Shown here: positions 1-14,216 of the stretch, one piece after another | How the letters are laid out: every line of letters begins with the position of its first letter | Position numbering within the stretch: position 1 is the first letter of the stretch | Source: Mobula birostris | Lineage: Eukaryota | Direction: 5' to 3' | DNA length: 64,000 nucleotides | Assembly (NCBI RefSeq): GCF_030028105.1 | Contig: NC_092377.1 | Span: 123,398,242 to 123,462,241 of the forward strand | Position numbers and translations under genes: made by a program | Notes under the pieces: generated by a model | Database searches by the model: none | What the model saw: only the letters and a program-made list of their open reading frames with translations | Told to the model about the DNA's origin: nothing

Positions 1-492
1 CACTGTAATTTCCTTTTCTCTACTGAAATATTGTTACTTCAGACTCTCCCCAGTATATGTATATCATCATCCAGTCTGTACAACATCACGCAGTGTATAC
101 GTCATCGCCAGCCCATACATCGTTCCCCGGTCTATAAAATATTGCATCGTTGTCGCATTTCACGAAGACCATGTCAGAGCCTCTGGAACACTACCAGCCT
201 ACCCGGCCAGTAATTCCACCTGTGCCCACCGCACATTCCCAGCTCTCGACACTGTTCTTTTTCTCCTTCTAAGTCTCTCAGCATACAGTGGATCGGGTTG
301 ACTGGATTCTTTTTCCACATATTCTGCTTATGTTCTTAGATCAATTCGTTTATTATTCACCAGTGCAAGAGATCCTTACGAATGACAGCTCAAAGCAGTA
401 CAAGCTATTGTGTTGGAATATGGCAATGTTAAGAAACAGGCAGGTGGAACTTTTAATAAACGTTTGGATTGATAATTCCCTAAAAGGGATAT

Positions 493-523
493 AATTCAAT
501 TCAATTCAATTCAATTCAATTCA
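493..523. repeat. (AATTC)n microsatellite, possibly the tail of a minus-strand LINE
   Basis: aattcaattcaattcaattcaattcaattca seen directly; the LINE-tail origin is inference. Confidence 0.8.
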
Positions 524-1639
524 GGTGTAACCATTAATGAATACTCATGCATGCAGCCAGATGAGACAGCGTTACTACCGGGTCAAGGTGAAAAGATATT
601 GCTGACAGTCACATAGAGTAAGCACACACAAGATGACAATCACGTAATAAGAGTTCCGGCACCCACCAACTCTTCCAACCCCCTCCCCGCCACCCACACC
701 ACACCTCTCGACACCGTGACCTGATGCACACAAGTAAGCCCATTTCTCGCCCCCACGCGCGACTCATGTTTGGCGAATCCATGTCTTTGAGGCCCTATCT
801 TTGCATATACAAGCACATATTGATAGTAAAAGCACAACCAGGCAAATACATAGGTATATAGTTCAGAACCCTCGATCCATTGGAATCCTTAATCGCCAAA
901 ATTGCATTACGCCGCCACCGGCAGAGAGCGACGGCTCGGACGCCTCTCCTCCAGCAGATTAAAAAAAAAACAATCGACCCCGGAGCTCGACGCTCGAGTC
1001 TACTAAATGCCACAAAAAAACCTGCAGTCGGCCACAAGAGAGCTTGTCTTCTGTCAAGCAAAACACTGAGAGGGCAACTCCGACTCCTTTCTGGACGAAC
1101 CCCGGTGAAGCACAAGGGCTTCGTCCCATCACGTGAGTGGCTACAAACAGGTGACAACGTCGCTTCAACCGAGGACTAGGCCCCCTCCATCCGGCCTCGT
1201 TCGCAGCCAAAAATCAGCGAATCGCCTTGCGGCGTACCAGATTAACAAAGTGCAAAGAGGTCTTACGATCAGAAGGAAAGGACCATGACGGACTCTCGCT
1301 AGTTGACTGTAAACCTCAATCGACTCGGTCCGTAGCACGTTGCGTATCTCCTTCATTATCCCTGCCAGCGAGTAACTCGATGATGATAGACCTGCAGTAC
1401 TTTGAGTTTTTAACGTATAGCAAGACCTTGCAATCATTAAACGGACGTTTAAACAGAATGGTAGCATTTTTTGTTGATCCCGTAAACGTCGCTGCAAATA
1501 GTCGCACGCCATCCTTCTGCAAGTAGTAATCCTACATACTACGGTAAGTAAGGGAAGAAATTGTTGTGGCGTTAATGCTGAACTCTGCATCCTCAGTCGC
1601 CACGGGATTACTCCAGAAGACTGAAGGATGTCAATAATT

Positions 1640-2940
1640 AACCAGTGAGTCTACGTCAGTAGTGAGAAACTAAAGGAGAGAGCTACTTCGGGACAGGGTT
1701 TCTGAGCATTTCGTAAAGCGTAGGCTGATTATGGATAGTCATCATTGCTTTGTGAGTGGCAGGTCGTGCCCAACGAACCTGATTGACATTTCCGAGGAAA
1801 TACTAAGCAACTTGAAGAAGGTAAGCTGGTGCATTTGCTGTATAAGGATTGAATATTCGATACTACTGAGGCGTTTGACAATGCTCCACGTGGAAGTATC
1901 ATCCTGGAGGTGATTAGGCATGGGATCCTTGATAATGTGGCACCCTGGATTCAGAATTGGCTTGCTCACAGAAGGCAGGTCAGTAACTAGTGGTGTTCCG
2001 CGAAATTTGTAAATGACTTTGATGTGGAAGTAGAAGAATGGGTTCGAAAATTTGCATATCACAGGTATGTTCGTGAATTTGTGGATAGTGCAGAAGTTGG
2101 CCGGAGTTTAAATGGAACATAGGCAGGGCGCAATCTGAGCTGAGAAGCGGTAGACGGAGCCCTATTCGAAACAAGTGTGAAATTATGTGTTTTTGAAATT
2201 CGATAGTGAAGGCAGGGTTAATTAAGAAGTCTTAACAGTGTGTATGAACAATGAGATCTCGGGGTGCCCATTCATATATCCCTCAAAGTTACTTTGCAAG
2301 CGGATGAGGTGGTAATGGAACCGTACGGTGTTCTCGCGCTCATTATTCGAAGGACGGAGTTCAAGAGCTATGAGGTAATATTGCATCTTGATAAAACTAC
2401 GGTTTGATCACAATTGCAGTATAGTGTTGAATTCTGCTATAAAATAGATGTGAAAATTTTAGACAGCGTGCAGAGATTTACTAGGTTGGTGCTTGGATTA
2501 ACGGACGAAATTTACGAGGAAAGATTAAGTGAACTTGTGCTTTGGCCGTCAAAGGAAAACGAGAGGCAACCTGTTAGATCTCTAGAAATTTATAAGAGTC
2601 ATATAGACAGCGGACAGTCGATGCCTGCTTGTCAAGGTGGAAATGGTTCATACAAGATGACGTTCTTTTAGAGCGAAAGGAGGGAGGAGATTAGCGGAAA
2701 TGTCGTTGATATTTATTTTAAATTGCAATAGTAGGTGCGTGCAAAGTACTGATAGGGGTAGTAGTAGAAGCTCGAATAGTAGGGTCATTTAAGGGATTTT
2801 GGTTGGGCACATGGGGGATCGATAAATGGAGGGTTGTGACCTGTGTAGGTGGGCAGATAGACTGATCGTAGAGTGGGTTAAACGTTTGGCAAATATCGTG
2901 GAACGTCGGGCTCGTGCTTAGTTGTACTGTTCTACGTTCA
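1640..2940 (+). mobile_element. Highly decayed CR1 LINE ORF2 (RT) 3' fragment
   Basis: Remnants such as SHHCFVSGRSCPTNLI (cf. SQHGFVKGKSCLTNLI in the intact CR1 of this window) and VQRFTRLV..YEERL; many stops and frameshifts. Confidence 0.7.
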
Positions 2941-3262
2941 ACGTTTTTTTTTATATTCAGTCCGTACGCCTTATTTTTCAAGCACATCCCTGCGCAACTA
3001 CGGACACTATTTACATTGTGCTCCCCCACCTCGTCCAAGCAGCGTGTCATTCAGACGTTTTATCTAATCGATATCTTTTGCTGCTCCATACCCAGCTGCT
3101 CCAACCTGTCCGCGATCCTTCTTTCATCAGGACCCAATAGACACCTTCTCCTCGATCAAATTTCATAACCTGCGGCCTCGTGTTCCCTCCAACAACTATC
3201 AGCCAAAATTGATAGCAAGAAAGGAGCTTAAGGAAGGGCTGAGGAGAGCAAGAAGGGGGCAT

Positions 3263-6200
3263 AGAAACATAAAAACATAGAAAACAGTTGCAAGAGTCGG
3301 CCATTCGGCCTTCGAGCCGGCACGGCCATTCAGCATGATCATGGCTGATCATCCAACTCAGAACCCTGTACCTGCCTTCCCCCCATACCCCCCGATCCAT
3401 TTATCCACAAGGGCCGTATCTAACTCCCTCTTAAATATGGCCAATGAACTGGCCTCAACAGTTTCCTGTGGCAGAGAATTCCACAGATTCACCACTCTCT
3501 GTGTGAAGAAGTTTTTCCTAATCTCGGTCCTAAAAGGCTTCCCTTTTATCCTCAAACTGTGACCCCTCGTTCTGGACTTCCCCACCATCGGGAACAATCT
3601 TCCTGCATCTAGCCTGTCAAATCTCTTTCGGATTTTATACGTTTCAATAAGACCCCCCTCAATCTTCTAAATTCCAACGAGTATAAGCCTAGCCGATCCA
3701 CCTTTTCAACATATGAAAGTCCTGCCATCCCAGGTATCAATCTGGTGAAACTTCTTTGTACTCCCTCTATGGCAAGAATGTCTTTCCTCCGGTTAGGGGA
3801 CCAAAACTGCACACAATCCTCCAGGCGTGGTCTCCCCAAGGCCTTGTACAACTGCAGTAGTATCTCCCTGCTCCTGTACTCGAATCACCTTGCTATGAAT
3901 GTCAGCATACCATTCGCCTTTATCACCGCCTGCTGTACCTGCAGGCCCACTTTCAATGTCTCGTTGCATCTCCCCTTTTCCTATTCGGCCACCATTCAGA
4001 AAATAATCTGTTTTCCTGTTTTTGCCACCAAAGTGGATAACCTCGCATTTATCCACATTAAATTGCATCTGTCATGAATTTGCCCACTCACCTAACCTAT
4101 CCAAGTCACCCTGCAACCTATTAGCATCCTCCTCACAGCTAACACTGCCGCCTAGCTTCGTGTCATCCGCAAACTTAGAGATGCTGCAGTTAATTCCCTC
4201 GTCTAAGTCATTAATATATATTGTAAACAACTGGGGTCCCAGCACTGAGCCTTGCGGTACCCCAATAGTCACTGCCTGCCATTCTGAAAAGGTCCCGTTT
4301 ATTCCTACTCTTTGCTTCCTGTCTGCCAACCTATTCTCTAACCACATCAATACCATAACACCAATACCGTGTGCTTTAAGTTTGCACACTAATCTCCTGT
4401 GTGGGACCTTGTCAAATGCCTTTTGAAAATCCAAATATACCGCATCCAGTGGTTGTCCCCTATTCACTCTACTAGTTACATCCTCAAAAAATTCTATGAG
4501 ATACGTTAGACATGATTTTCCTTTCACAAATCGATGCTGACTTTATCCGATGATTTCACCGCTTTCCAAATGTGCTGTTATCACATCTTTGATAGCTAAC
4601 TCTAGCATTTTCTCCACCACCGATGTTAGGCAACTGGTCTATAATTCTGCGGTTTCTCTCTCGCTCTTTTTTTTAAAAAGCGGGGTTACATTAGCCACCC
4701 TCCAATCCTCAGGAACTAGTCCAGAACATAAAGAGCTCTGAAATATTATCACTAATGCATCACTATTTCTTGGGCTACTTCCTTAAGCACTCTGGGATGC
4801 AGATCATCTGGCCCTAGGGTTTTATCTGCCTTTAATCCCTTCAATTTACCTAACAACACTTCCCTACTAACATGTATTTTCCTCAGTGCCTCCATCTCAC
4901 TAGACCCTCTGTCCCCTACTATTTCCGAAAGATTATTTATGTCCTCCTTAGTGAAGACAGAACCAAAGTACTTACTCAATTGGTCTGTCATGTCCTTGCT
5001 CCCCATAATCAATTCACCTGTTTCTGTCTGTAAGGGACCGACATTTGTCTTAACCAATCTTTTTCTTTTCACATATCTATAAAAACTTTTACAGTCAATT
5101 TGTATGTTCCCTGCCAGTTTTCTCTCATAATCTCGTTTTCCTTTTCCCAATTAAGCCCTTTGCCCTCCTCTGCTGGACTCTGAATTTCTCCCAGTCCTCA
5201 GGTGAGACTCTTTTTCTGTCTAATTTGTATGTTTCTTCTTTGGAATTGATACTATCCCTAATTTCCCTTGTCAGCCATGGGTGCACTACCTTCCCTGATT
5301 TGTTCTTTTGCCAAACTGGGATGAACAATTGTTGTAGTTCATCCATGCTTGCCATTGCATATCCACCGTCAACCCTTTAAGTATCATTTGCCAGTCTATC
5401 TTAGCTAATTCACGTCTCATACCTTCTATGTTACCCTTCTTTAAGTTCAGAACCTTTGTTGCTGAATTAACTATGTCACTGTCCATCTTACTGAAGAATT
5501 CCACTATATTATGGTCACTCTTACCCAAGGGGCCTCTCATGATAAGATTGCTTATTAACCCTTCCTCATTGCCCAATGTCCAATCTAGAATAGCCTGCTC
5601 TGTAGTTGGTTCCTCGACAAGTTGGTTCAAAATACCATCCCGTATACTTTCCAAGAACTCCTCTTCCTCATCACCCTTACCAATTTGTTTGACCCAATCT
5701 ATATGTAGATTGAAGTCACCCATTATAACTGCTGTTCCTTTATTGCATGCATTTCTAATTTCCTGTTTAATGCCATCCCCAATCTCACTACTACTGCTAG
5801 GTGGCCTGTGCGCAAATCCCACCAGCGTTTTCTGCCTCTTAATGTTATGCAGCTCTACCCATATACATTCCCCATCCTCCCGGCTAATGTCCTTCCTTTC
5901 TATTGCGTTAATCTCCTCCCTAACAAGCAATGCTACCCCACCACCTTTTCTTTCATGTCTATCCCTCCTGATTATTGAATAACCCTGAATGTTGAGCTCC
6001 CATCCTTAGTCACCCTGGAGCCATGTCCCTGTGATCCCAACTATACCATATTCATTAATAACAATCTGCACTTTTAATTCATCCACCTTATTACGAATGC
6101 TCCTTGCATTGACACACAAAGCCTTCAGGCTTGCTTTTACAACACTCTTGGCCCTTATACAATTATGTTGAAAAGTGGCCAATTTTGATTTTTGCCCTGG

Positions 6201-7581
6201 ATTTGCCGGCCTGCCTCTTTTACTTTTCTCCTTACTACCTTTTGCTTCCACCCTGATTATACACCCCTCTAACTCTTTGCACTCATTCCCATCCCTCTGT
6301 TGTGAACTAACCTCCTGTCTCCTTGTCTCTTTAATTTGATTCCCACCCCCCAATTATTCTAGTTTAAAGTCACCTCAGTAGACCTCGCAAATCTCCCCGC
6401 CAGGATATTGGTCCCCCTCGGATTCAAGTGTAACCCGTCCTTTTTGTACAGGTCACATCAGCGCCAAAAGAGGTCCCGATCTTCAAAAATTGAATCCCTG
6501 TCCCCTGCTCCAATCCCTCAGCCACGCAATTATCCTCCACCTCATTGCATTCTTACTCTCACTGTCGCGTAGCACAGTCAGTATTCCCGAGATTAGTACC
6601 TTTGCAGTCCTTTTTTTCTCAACTCCCTTCCTAGCTCCCTATATTCTCCTTTCAGGATCCCTTCCCTTTTCCGACCGATGTCATTAGTACCTATATGTAC
6701 CACGACCTCTGGCTCCTCACACTCCCACTTCAGGATAACTTGGACGCGATCAGAAATATCCCGGACCCTGGCACCAGGGAGGCAAACTACCATCCAGGTC
6801 TCTGGTCACTGAATCGCCGATCTGACCCCCTTACTATCGAGTCCCCTATTACTATTGTCCTCCTCTTCCTTTCCCTATCCTTCTGAGCTACAGGGCCGGA
6901 CTCTGTGCCGGAGGCACGACCACTGTCGCTTCCCCCAGGTAAGCTGTACCCCCCCCCCACAACAGTACTCAAACAGGAGTACCTACTGTCAAGGGGCACA
7001 GCCACCGGGGTACTCTCTGTTAGCTGACTCTTCCTCTTCCCCCTCCTAACCGTAACCCATTTGTCTGCACCTCCCGTGGCCCCGGTGTGACCACCTGCCT
7101 GTAACTCCTCTGTATCAACTCCTCACTCTCCATGACCAGACAAAGGTCATCGAGCTGCAGCTCCGGTTGCCTAACGCTGTCCCTTAGGAGCTGCATCTAG
7201 GCGCACCTGCCGCAGATGTGGACGTCCGCGATGCTTGAAGACTCCACGACCTCCCACATCCGGCACCGAGAAGAATAAACTGCCCTCGCACTCATACTGC
7301 CCCTCTCCTCAAATAACAACAAATAATGAATACCAAACCTTCCTTGCCTCGCCCGTTTCCGCCTAAGCCAGTTGAGCCGAAGCCCTTAAGCCTTCACTCG
7401 TCTCCCAGCTCACTCCGCCGCCCGAAAACTACGCTGCCCGCTGTATAAGGCTCTGTTCCTTTTAAATCTTCCGCGCTTCACTGCCCGACGTCACACGCCT
7501 GCGCAGCTCCGCCTCTCTGAACGCCGATGGGGAAAAAAAAAAACGGAAACTCAAAAATGGCTTTCTCTGCACTCCCGCTCC
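3263..7581 (-). mobile_element. Full-length CR1 LINE (ORF1 SGNH esterase + ORF2 EN/RT), disrupted
   Basis: (CATAGAAA)-type tail at 3260-3283; RT motifs YLDFQKAFDKV, GVPQGSVLGP, FADD; EN motifs GDFN, SDH; ORF1 GDSIVRG/HIGTND; 5'UTR matches the copy at ~57290. Confidence 0.95.
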
Positions 7582-10032
7582 GAGAAGGCCTTGGCGCGTA
7601 GGGTAAAGAAAATCCCCAAGGCATTCATCAATTATGTGAAGAACAAAACGTTGACAGGAGTAAAGATAGTACCGATTAGAGATAAAGGTGGCAAGATGTC
7701 CATGGAGGATGTGGAAGTGAGCGAGGTCCTCAATGAATAATTATCTTCAGTATTCACTAGTGAGAGGGAACTTGATGATAGTGACGACAATATGAGTGAG
7801 GTTGATTTTCTGGAGCATGTTGATTTTAAGGGAGAAGAGGTGTTGGAGTTGTCAAAATACATTAGGACGGATAAGTCCCCGGGGCCTGAGGGAATATTCC
7901 CCAGTCTGCTCCTCGTGGAGAGGGGAGAGATTGCTGAGCCTCTGCCTAGGATCTTTATGTCCTCGTTGTTCACGGGAATGGTACCGGAGGATTGGAGGGA
8001 GGCAATCGTCTCGCCCTTGTTAAAAAAAAAGGTAGTAGGGGTAGCCCGTGTAATTGTAGACCAGTGAGCCTTACGTCTGTGGTGGGAAAGCTGTTGGAAA
8101 AGATTCTTAGAGATAGGATCTATGGGCATTTAGAGAATCATGGTCTGATCAGGGACAGTCAGCATGGCTTTGTGAAGGGCAGATCGTGTCCAAAAGCCTG
8201 ATACAACTCTTTGAGGAGGTGACCAGGCATATAGATGAGGGTAGTGCAGTGGATGTGATATACAAGGATTTTAGTAAGGTATTTGACAAGCTACCACACG
8301 GGGGGCTTATTCAAAAAGTCAGAAGCCATGGGATCTAGAGAGGTTTGGCCAGGTAGATTCAGAATTGGCTTCCCTGCTGAAAGCAGAGAGTCGTAGTGGA
8401 GGGAGTGCTTTCGGATTGGAGGGTTGTGACTACTGGTTTCCCACAAGGATCGATTCTGCGACCTCTTCTTTTCGTGATTTTTATTAATGACCTGGATGTG
8501 GGGGTAGAAAGATGGGTTGGCAAGTTTGCAGACGACACGAAGGTTGGTGGTGTTATGGATAGTGTAGAGTATTGTCGAAGCTTGCAGGAAGACATTGATA
8601 GGATGCAGAAGTGGGTGAGAAGTGGCAGATGGAGTTGAACCCAGAGAAGTGTGAGGTGGTACACTTTGGAAGGATAAACTGCAGGGCATAGTACAAAATA
8701 AATGGCAGGATACATGGAAGTGTGGAGGCGCAGAGGGATCCTGGGGTCCATGTCCACAGATCGCTGAAAGTTGCCTCAGAGGTAGTCAAGAAAGCTTATG
8801 GAGTGTTAGCTTTCATAAGTCGAGGGATAGAGTTTAAGAGTTGTGATGTAATGATGCAGCTCTATAAAACTCCGGTTAGGCTACTCTGGGAGTATTGTGT
8901 CCAGTTCTGGTCGCCTCACTATAGGAAGGATGTGGAAGCATTGGAAAAGGTACAGGGGAGATTGCCAAGATGCTGCCTCGTTCAGAGAGTATGAATTATG
9001 ATCACAGTTTAAGGGAGCTAAGGCTTTACTCTTTGGAGAGAAGGAGGATGAGAGGAGACATGATAGAGGTGTACAAGATAATCAGAGGAATAGATAGAGT
9101 GGACAGCCAGCGCCTCTACCCCCGGGCACCACTTCTCAATACAGGAGGACATGGCTTTAAAGTAAGGGTGGATAGTTCAAGGGGGATATTAGAGGAAGGT
9201 TTTTCACTCAGAGAGTGGTTGGTGCGCGGAATGCACTGCCTGAGTCAGTGGTGGAGGCAGATACACTGGTGAAATTTAAAAGACTACTAAGACAGGTATA
9301 TAGAGGAATTTAAGGTGGTGGGGGGTTATATGTGTAACGTTCCGTTATATTGGCTCGTGTACGTCTAGTGGAAATCCAGCCCAGCACCCGCCTCAACGCT
9401 CCCCACAGGGTTGGTCGCCGCCCGAATCAATCACAAACATCAATCATCAGCCAGCACACCCAGTAAATTTTAACAAATACACTTTGTAGATATTACTAAT
9501 TCTATGACATTAATATACTTTTGATACAGAGAGGAAAGTAATGAAAAAAAAATGTGCCAGCACTTGTCAAAGTCCAAGTTCTTCGCGCGCTACGTTGGAG
9601 CTCAATTCGACCTCAGACGACCACCCGAATTCCGTCAACTCACGGTTCGAGACCACCCTGAGTGATCGACCGGAGCTTCTCCGCACGTCCGTGGTCCTCC
9701 TCGTCTCTCCTCTGACTCCCCGCCAAAACTCAGTCCACAGTCATATCATACAGCATGGTATCCGAAAACAAAACGATACATAACCACCCATTGGCTAATA
9801 GAAGGCTGCTATCTCAATTTAAAGAAAAAAAACGAACTGCTAGCGCAAACCCTCTTCAGCGTTAAAGCACAACAAAGCCGCATTCCCCAGATTAACATAA
9901 CAAAGTCGCCATTTTAAATGTAACAAAAGAAAGTCCCCGTACATATGGGAGGCAGGTTTTAAGGGTCGGCACAAAATTGTGGGCAGAAACGCCGGTACTG
10001 TGCTGCGTTTTTTATTTTCTATGTTCTATGTT
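7582..10032 (+). mobile_element. 5'-truncated CR1 of a second family; its 5' stub lies at ~3211-3262, split off by the nested CR1
   Basis: RT motifs SQHGFVKGRSC, GFPQGSIL, FADD, EYCVQFWSP; TTCTATG tail ~10017-10032; 3211-3262 + 7582 onward reads RKELKEGLRRARRGH-EKALA. Confidence 0.9.
9333..9943. mobile_element. Solo LTR (611 bp) inserted in the 3' end of a CR1
   Basis: Termini TGTAACG...CGTACA; 4-bp TSD TATG at 9329-9332 and 9944-9947; CR1 sequence resumes on both sides. Confidence 0.85.
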
Positions 10033-10179
10033 CTCCTTTCATACTCGTACTTCCCGTTCCTGACCCAATCCGCCAAACAATTGGCATCCCAACTCCAATC
10101 CATATATTCACTGCCAGAAGAGGGAAGCCTTTCTCCATTCGCCTCTTTAAACAGTCCATCTCTACTCTCTACCTTCAGT

Positions 10180-11330
10180 GGTAGGGGGGACGACAGATAG
10201 TGGAGAGTACCCCTGTTGCCGTCACCCCAACAATAACTAACCATTTTCAGGACTGTTGGGTGGGATGACGTACCTGCAGAAAGCAACAGCGGCTGTTCTT
10301 CTGACACCGAGTCTGGGTCTGCAGCTCAGGAGGGTAGGGAAACTGAAGAGCATAACAGCAGTTATATGGGACTCTACAGTCAGCGGGACAGATATGCGAT
10401 TCTGTGGACGCAAAATGGAAACACGAATGGTAGTTGGTTCCACGGGTGCCAGGTTCCTAGATGTTTCTGGACACGTTCGCAATATCCTGAAAAGGGAGGG
10501 TGAGCAGCCAAAAGTCGTGGTACATATTGGTTCCATTGACTTTGGAAAAAAAAGTGAGGAGGACCAGAAAATCGAAATTAGGGAGTTAGGAATGAAGCTG
10601 AGAAGCAGGATGTCAAGGGTTCTAATCTAGGAATTCCTGCCTCTGTCACGCGACAGTGGCGATAGCAATAGAATGAGGTGGCACATAAATGTGTGGCAAA
10701 TGAATCTGAGCAGCGGGAAGGGATTCAGATTTCTCGATAATTAAGAACTCCTCTGTTGCAGGGGTGGCATGCAAAGACGAATGGAATTCACTTGAATCCG
10801 AGGGGATCGACATTCTTGCGGGCAAATTTACAAGAACTGTTGAGAGTGATTTAAACTAATATGACAGGTTGATGAAACCAGGATGATGGAGCTGAGGATG
10901 AGCCAGCAGGTTTACAAGTAGATGATGGTTGTACCATGAATGTAAGGGAGGACAAGCCAACGATTTATTACAAATGCAGATGGAGGATAGAGTTAAACTG
11001 TATCGTAGAGGCAAAGTTCAAAACGGCGAAGAATGCAGGACTGAAAGAGCTGTATTTAAATATGCATACCAACGTACTCGTGGTGCAATGAAAGACTGGT
11101 CGCTATGACGTTGTGGGCAATGCTGTGTCGTGGCTGAAGGAAGTCCATACTCGGAAGCTGAACATCAATGGATATACTTAGTGTCGAAAGGACAGACAGG
11201 AAGACATTGTTGGCTGTGGGGCACTGTTAGTAAGAGATGGAATTACGTCTTGAGAAAGAGGTAACATAGGGTCAAAGAGTGCTGAATCTTTGTGGAGGAA
11301 GTAAAGAAACTGAATGGGCAAAATAAACTA
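10180..11330 (+). mobile_element. Decayed divergent CR1: ORF1 esterase C-terminus and start of ORF2 endonuclease
   Basis: VIWDSTVSG, VVVHIGSID, ILAGKFTRTVESDLN* then EN-like remnants. Confidence 0.8.
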
Positions 11331-13891
11331 TTTTGGAAGAACAGATTATCCAATCAGATAAATCACAATACAAGAAGACAGACAAATTCAGTAATCTGAC
11401 CCGTTGGCCCAGTGCTCATGTTCAAACACCGTTCCCAGGAATGTGGCACAGGATCTCCCACCACAAGTCAGCATCCACGAGCATGCCATTCTGCAATGCA
11501 GGGAGACACAAATGCACTCACTTCTGATTAGGCGCTGTGTATTCAGACGCAAAGAAAAAAAAACACTTCTAGAATTGCCCCTCTGAAATATGGGGATCGT
11601 ATACACAGAATAAAGTTCTCCACATTTCTGCCCCAATCAGCTCAAAATTAATGTGGTAGAGTCAAATAGGAGTTATTCCTAAAACAGATTGCTTTGGAAA
11701 AAAAGTTACAAATCACAAGAGACAATGCAACATGTCACAAATTAAGACACAAGAAAAACGTACCAGATTTTTTAAAGCACAACAAATAAATTAGCATACG
11801 GAAAACACAAGAAGCAAACCCAGGCGAGACTCCTCTTCTTTAAAAAAAAACTTCGTATGGAACTGCAAAATTTGATATAGACGGTAAATTCCCAATTGTG
11901 ATATAGCAGTAGCAAACTGTTCCGTGTGGTCACACCTCACATATTTCTCCACATTCAAATCATTCATACTCCATCAATATAACAGAGGTTTGCAAATTCA
12001 ATTACTTTCGCCCCAACCCCGCTCATATAACGATAATGAGGCGCGAAGGCGCTAAGCATCCACATGTTTTGCACTTCCGTCGAACGCCAAGAACCTTTGC
12101 CGGAATGTGAGGAATCTGGCAGCGAGCAAAGGGATCCTTAACGGGAGAGGATGCAGAATGAACCAGCTCCCTTAACGACTTCTATTTCTCTTATCCTTGC
12201 AGTTCTCCCTCCACCTGCTATCGAGGGAAGTGGTGGAAAGAACTCTGACTTACTCCTCCGGGACCCCAGCTTTCAGCAATGCTGAAAACAATTTTTGCGA
12301 GTCATGCAGCAACTCCCACTACCCATCTGCTTATCTAAATTCCGTACCTAATTACACACACACTCTTCTACATACCCTAAATCTTGTAATAATTGAATCA
12401 CTGTACTAACAGAAAGATTATCAGCTGGTGCTATTAATGATAGCGCTACCACATGCCCTATCATTCCACCCTCTGGCGCATAATTCCAGGTGCATAATTC
12501 TGTGATAAGAGTTCACTGGCGTACAACTTTAGTCCTTCCCTCTACTGTGCTCCTTTGGCTTGGAGTTTTAAATTGCTTTCAAGAAAAGAAGGATACCTGA
12601 GTTTAACCTCTGCTACTGTTCAAGTTCATAGTGATGCACTATGCCTAGGGAAAGGAGAAACAATCGTAATGGGACGTTGGGCTCCCTAAAGTCCATTTCG
12701 CTGTGAGACAGGATCACTCCTGTATCCCCTGCATCCTTACCGGCCAGACTCTCCAGGTTTCTCTCTATATCTATCCTTTAAACTCGCTAATTCATCAGCG
12801 GAAAACTCCTTTATCTATTTTGTCTCGAAGAGGCCTATTCTGCCATCACACACTTTCCTGATTCTCCTCTTCCCAATCTTAAGAGAAAAAAGGCACGGAC
12901 CAATGCCCCACATGGCTGGTACAGGAACGCGTGATCACTGCCCTTGTCCATACTGTTTAGGGTACGCAGGAGAGAAGGGAAGCATTTCGAGAAATAAACC
13001 GATTGTTTCACACTACCTTCTCTCCCTCAGTTTCATCATCCAGACGACCCCATCCCCCAGTCCCACAGTAGTATCATTGCCCACCCGCGTTAAAGCTCGA
13101 ACGTAACAGGTAGATCTGCTAATTAGGCGTTTTAGCAGCCTCTCATTATTGTATCTTCCTTAGCTGACAAATATCTCTGTGTTCTGACTTTCTAACCTTG
13201 CAGTCCAAGACTTAGCCATCAACAGTTGTTCTGTCAGAATGATACAGCGCTGATTTAGGTCCCTCTACCTCATTGTTAAGACACACAATCATTTTGTGCT
13301 GGGGCCTTCCTGTGGTGCAAACAACCAGAAACCCTGCCGCCGGAAATCTTCTCTCCTGGGAAAACCCAACGATTTAAGTATGGACTCAATGTGGTGTCCA
13401 ATTTTCACCCCGGTAAAGGTCTGACCAATCTACCAGCATCCGGTAAACCATCAGTAAGTTAGCGAGACTCCTAACGCCATCACTATTTTCCGTCCAACTC
13501 GAGACTCGACATCTCTAAAATTCGAACATATATTTGTTTCCCCCAAGTTACACAACATAAATCTTCAGCAAAGAGACACTTATTTATGAGTGCGCGGAGT
13601 ATATCTTCCCAATGGTTCAGGGAACAAAGGGAGAGAAAGCAAGTCTCCTGCAGTGATAGTTTATACACAGTTTCTTTCAAACTGGGCACTACGTATCCAA
13701 TCAATAGGAAGGGCAGTGGCAGAATCTAAACCAGCGGCAGAATCTAAACTAATCAGCTCCAGTTGATGAAGACATGTCAACCACTAGATGGGCAAACACG
13801 AGGAATTCTGCAGATGCTGGAACTTCAAGCAACGCATATCAAAGTTGCTGGTGAACACAGCAGGCCAGGCAGCATTTCTAGGAAGAGGTAC

Positions 13892-13928
13892 AGACGACGT
13901 TTCAGGCCGAGACTCTTCGTCAGGACTA
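13892..13928 (-). ncRNA. Minimal type I hammerhead ribozyme motif in PLE terminal repeat
   Basis: Minus strand AGTC-CTGACGA-AGAGTCTCGGCCT-GAAA-CGTC; stems partly mutated. Confidence 0.6.
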
Positions 13929-14216
13929 ACTGAAGAAAGAGTTTGAAAGAGATTTACAAGTGGGGCGGGGGAGATCCAAAATGATAGGAGAAGACAGGAG
14001 GGGGAAGTCTGGAGCCAAGAGCTGGACAGCTGATTGGCGAAAAGGATATGAGAGGATCATGGGACAGGATGCCCAGGGAGAAGGAAAAGGGGGAGTGGGG
14101 AAAACCCAGAGGATGGTCAAGGGGTATAGTAAGAGGGACAGATGGAGAAAAAAGAGAGTGAGAGAAAGAACGCGAGTATATAAATAACGGATGGGGTACG
14201 AGGGGGAGGTGGGGCA

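Noticed and set aside
795-1590. Overlapping 100-140 aa ORFs in a CpG-rich stretch
   Set aside because: No recognisable domain or splice pattern; probably repeat-derived
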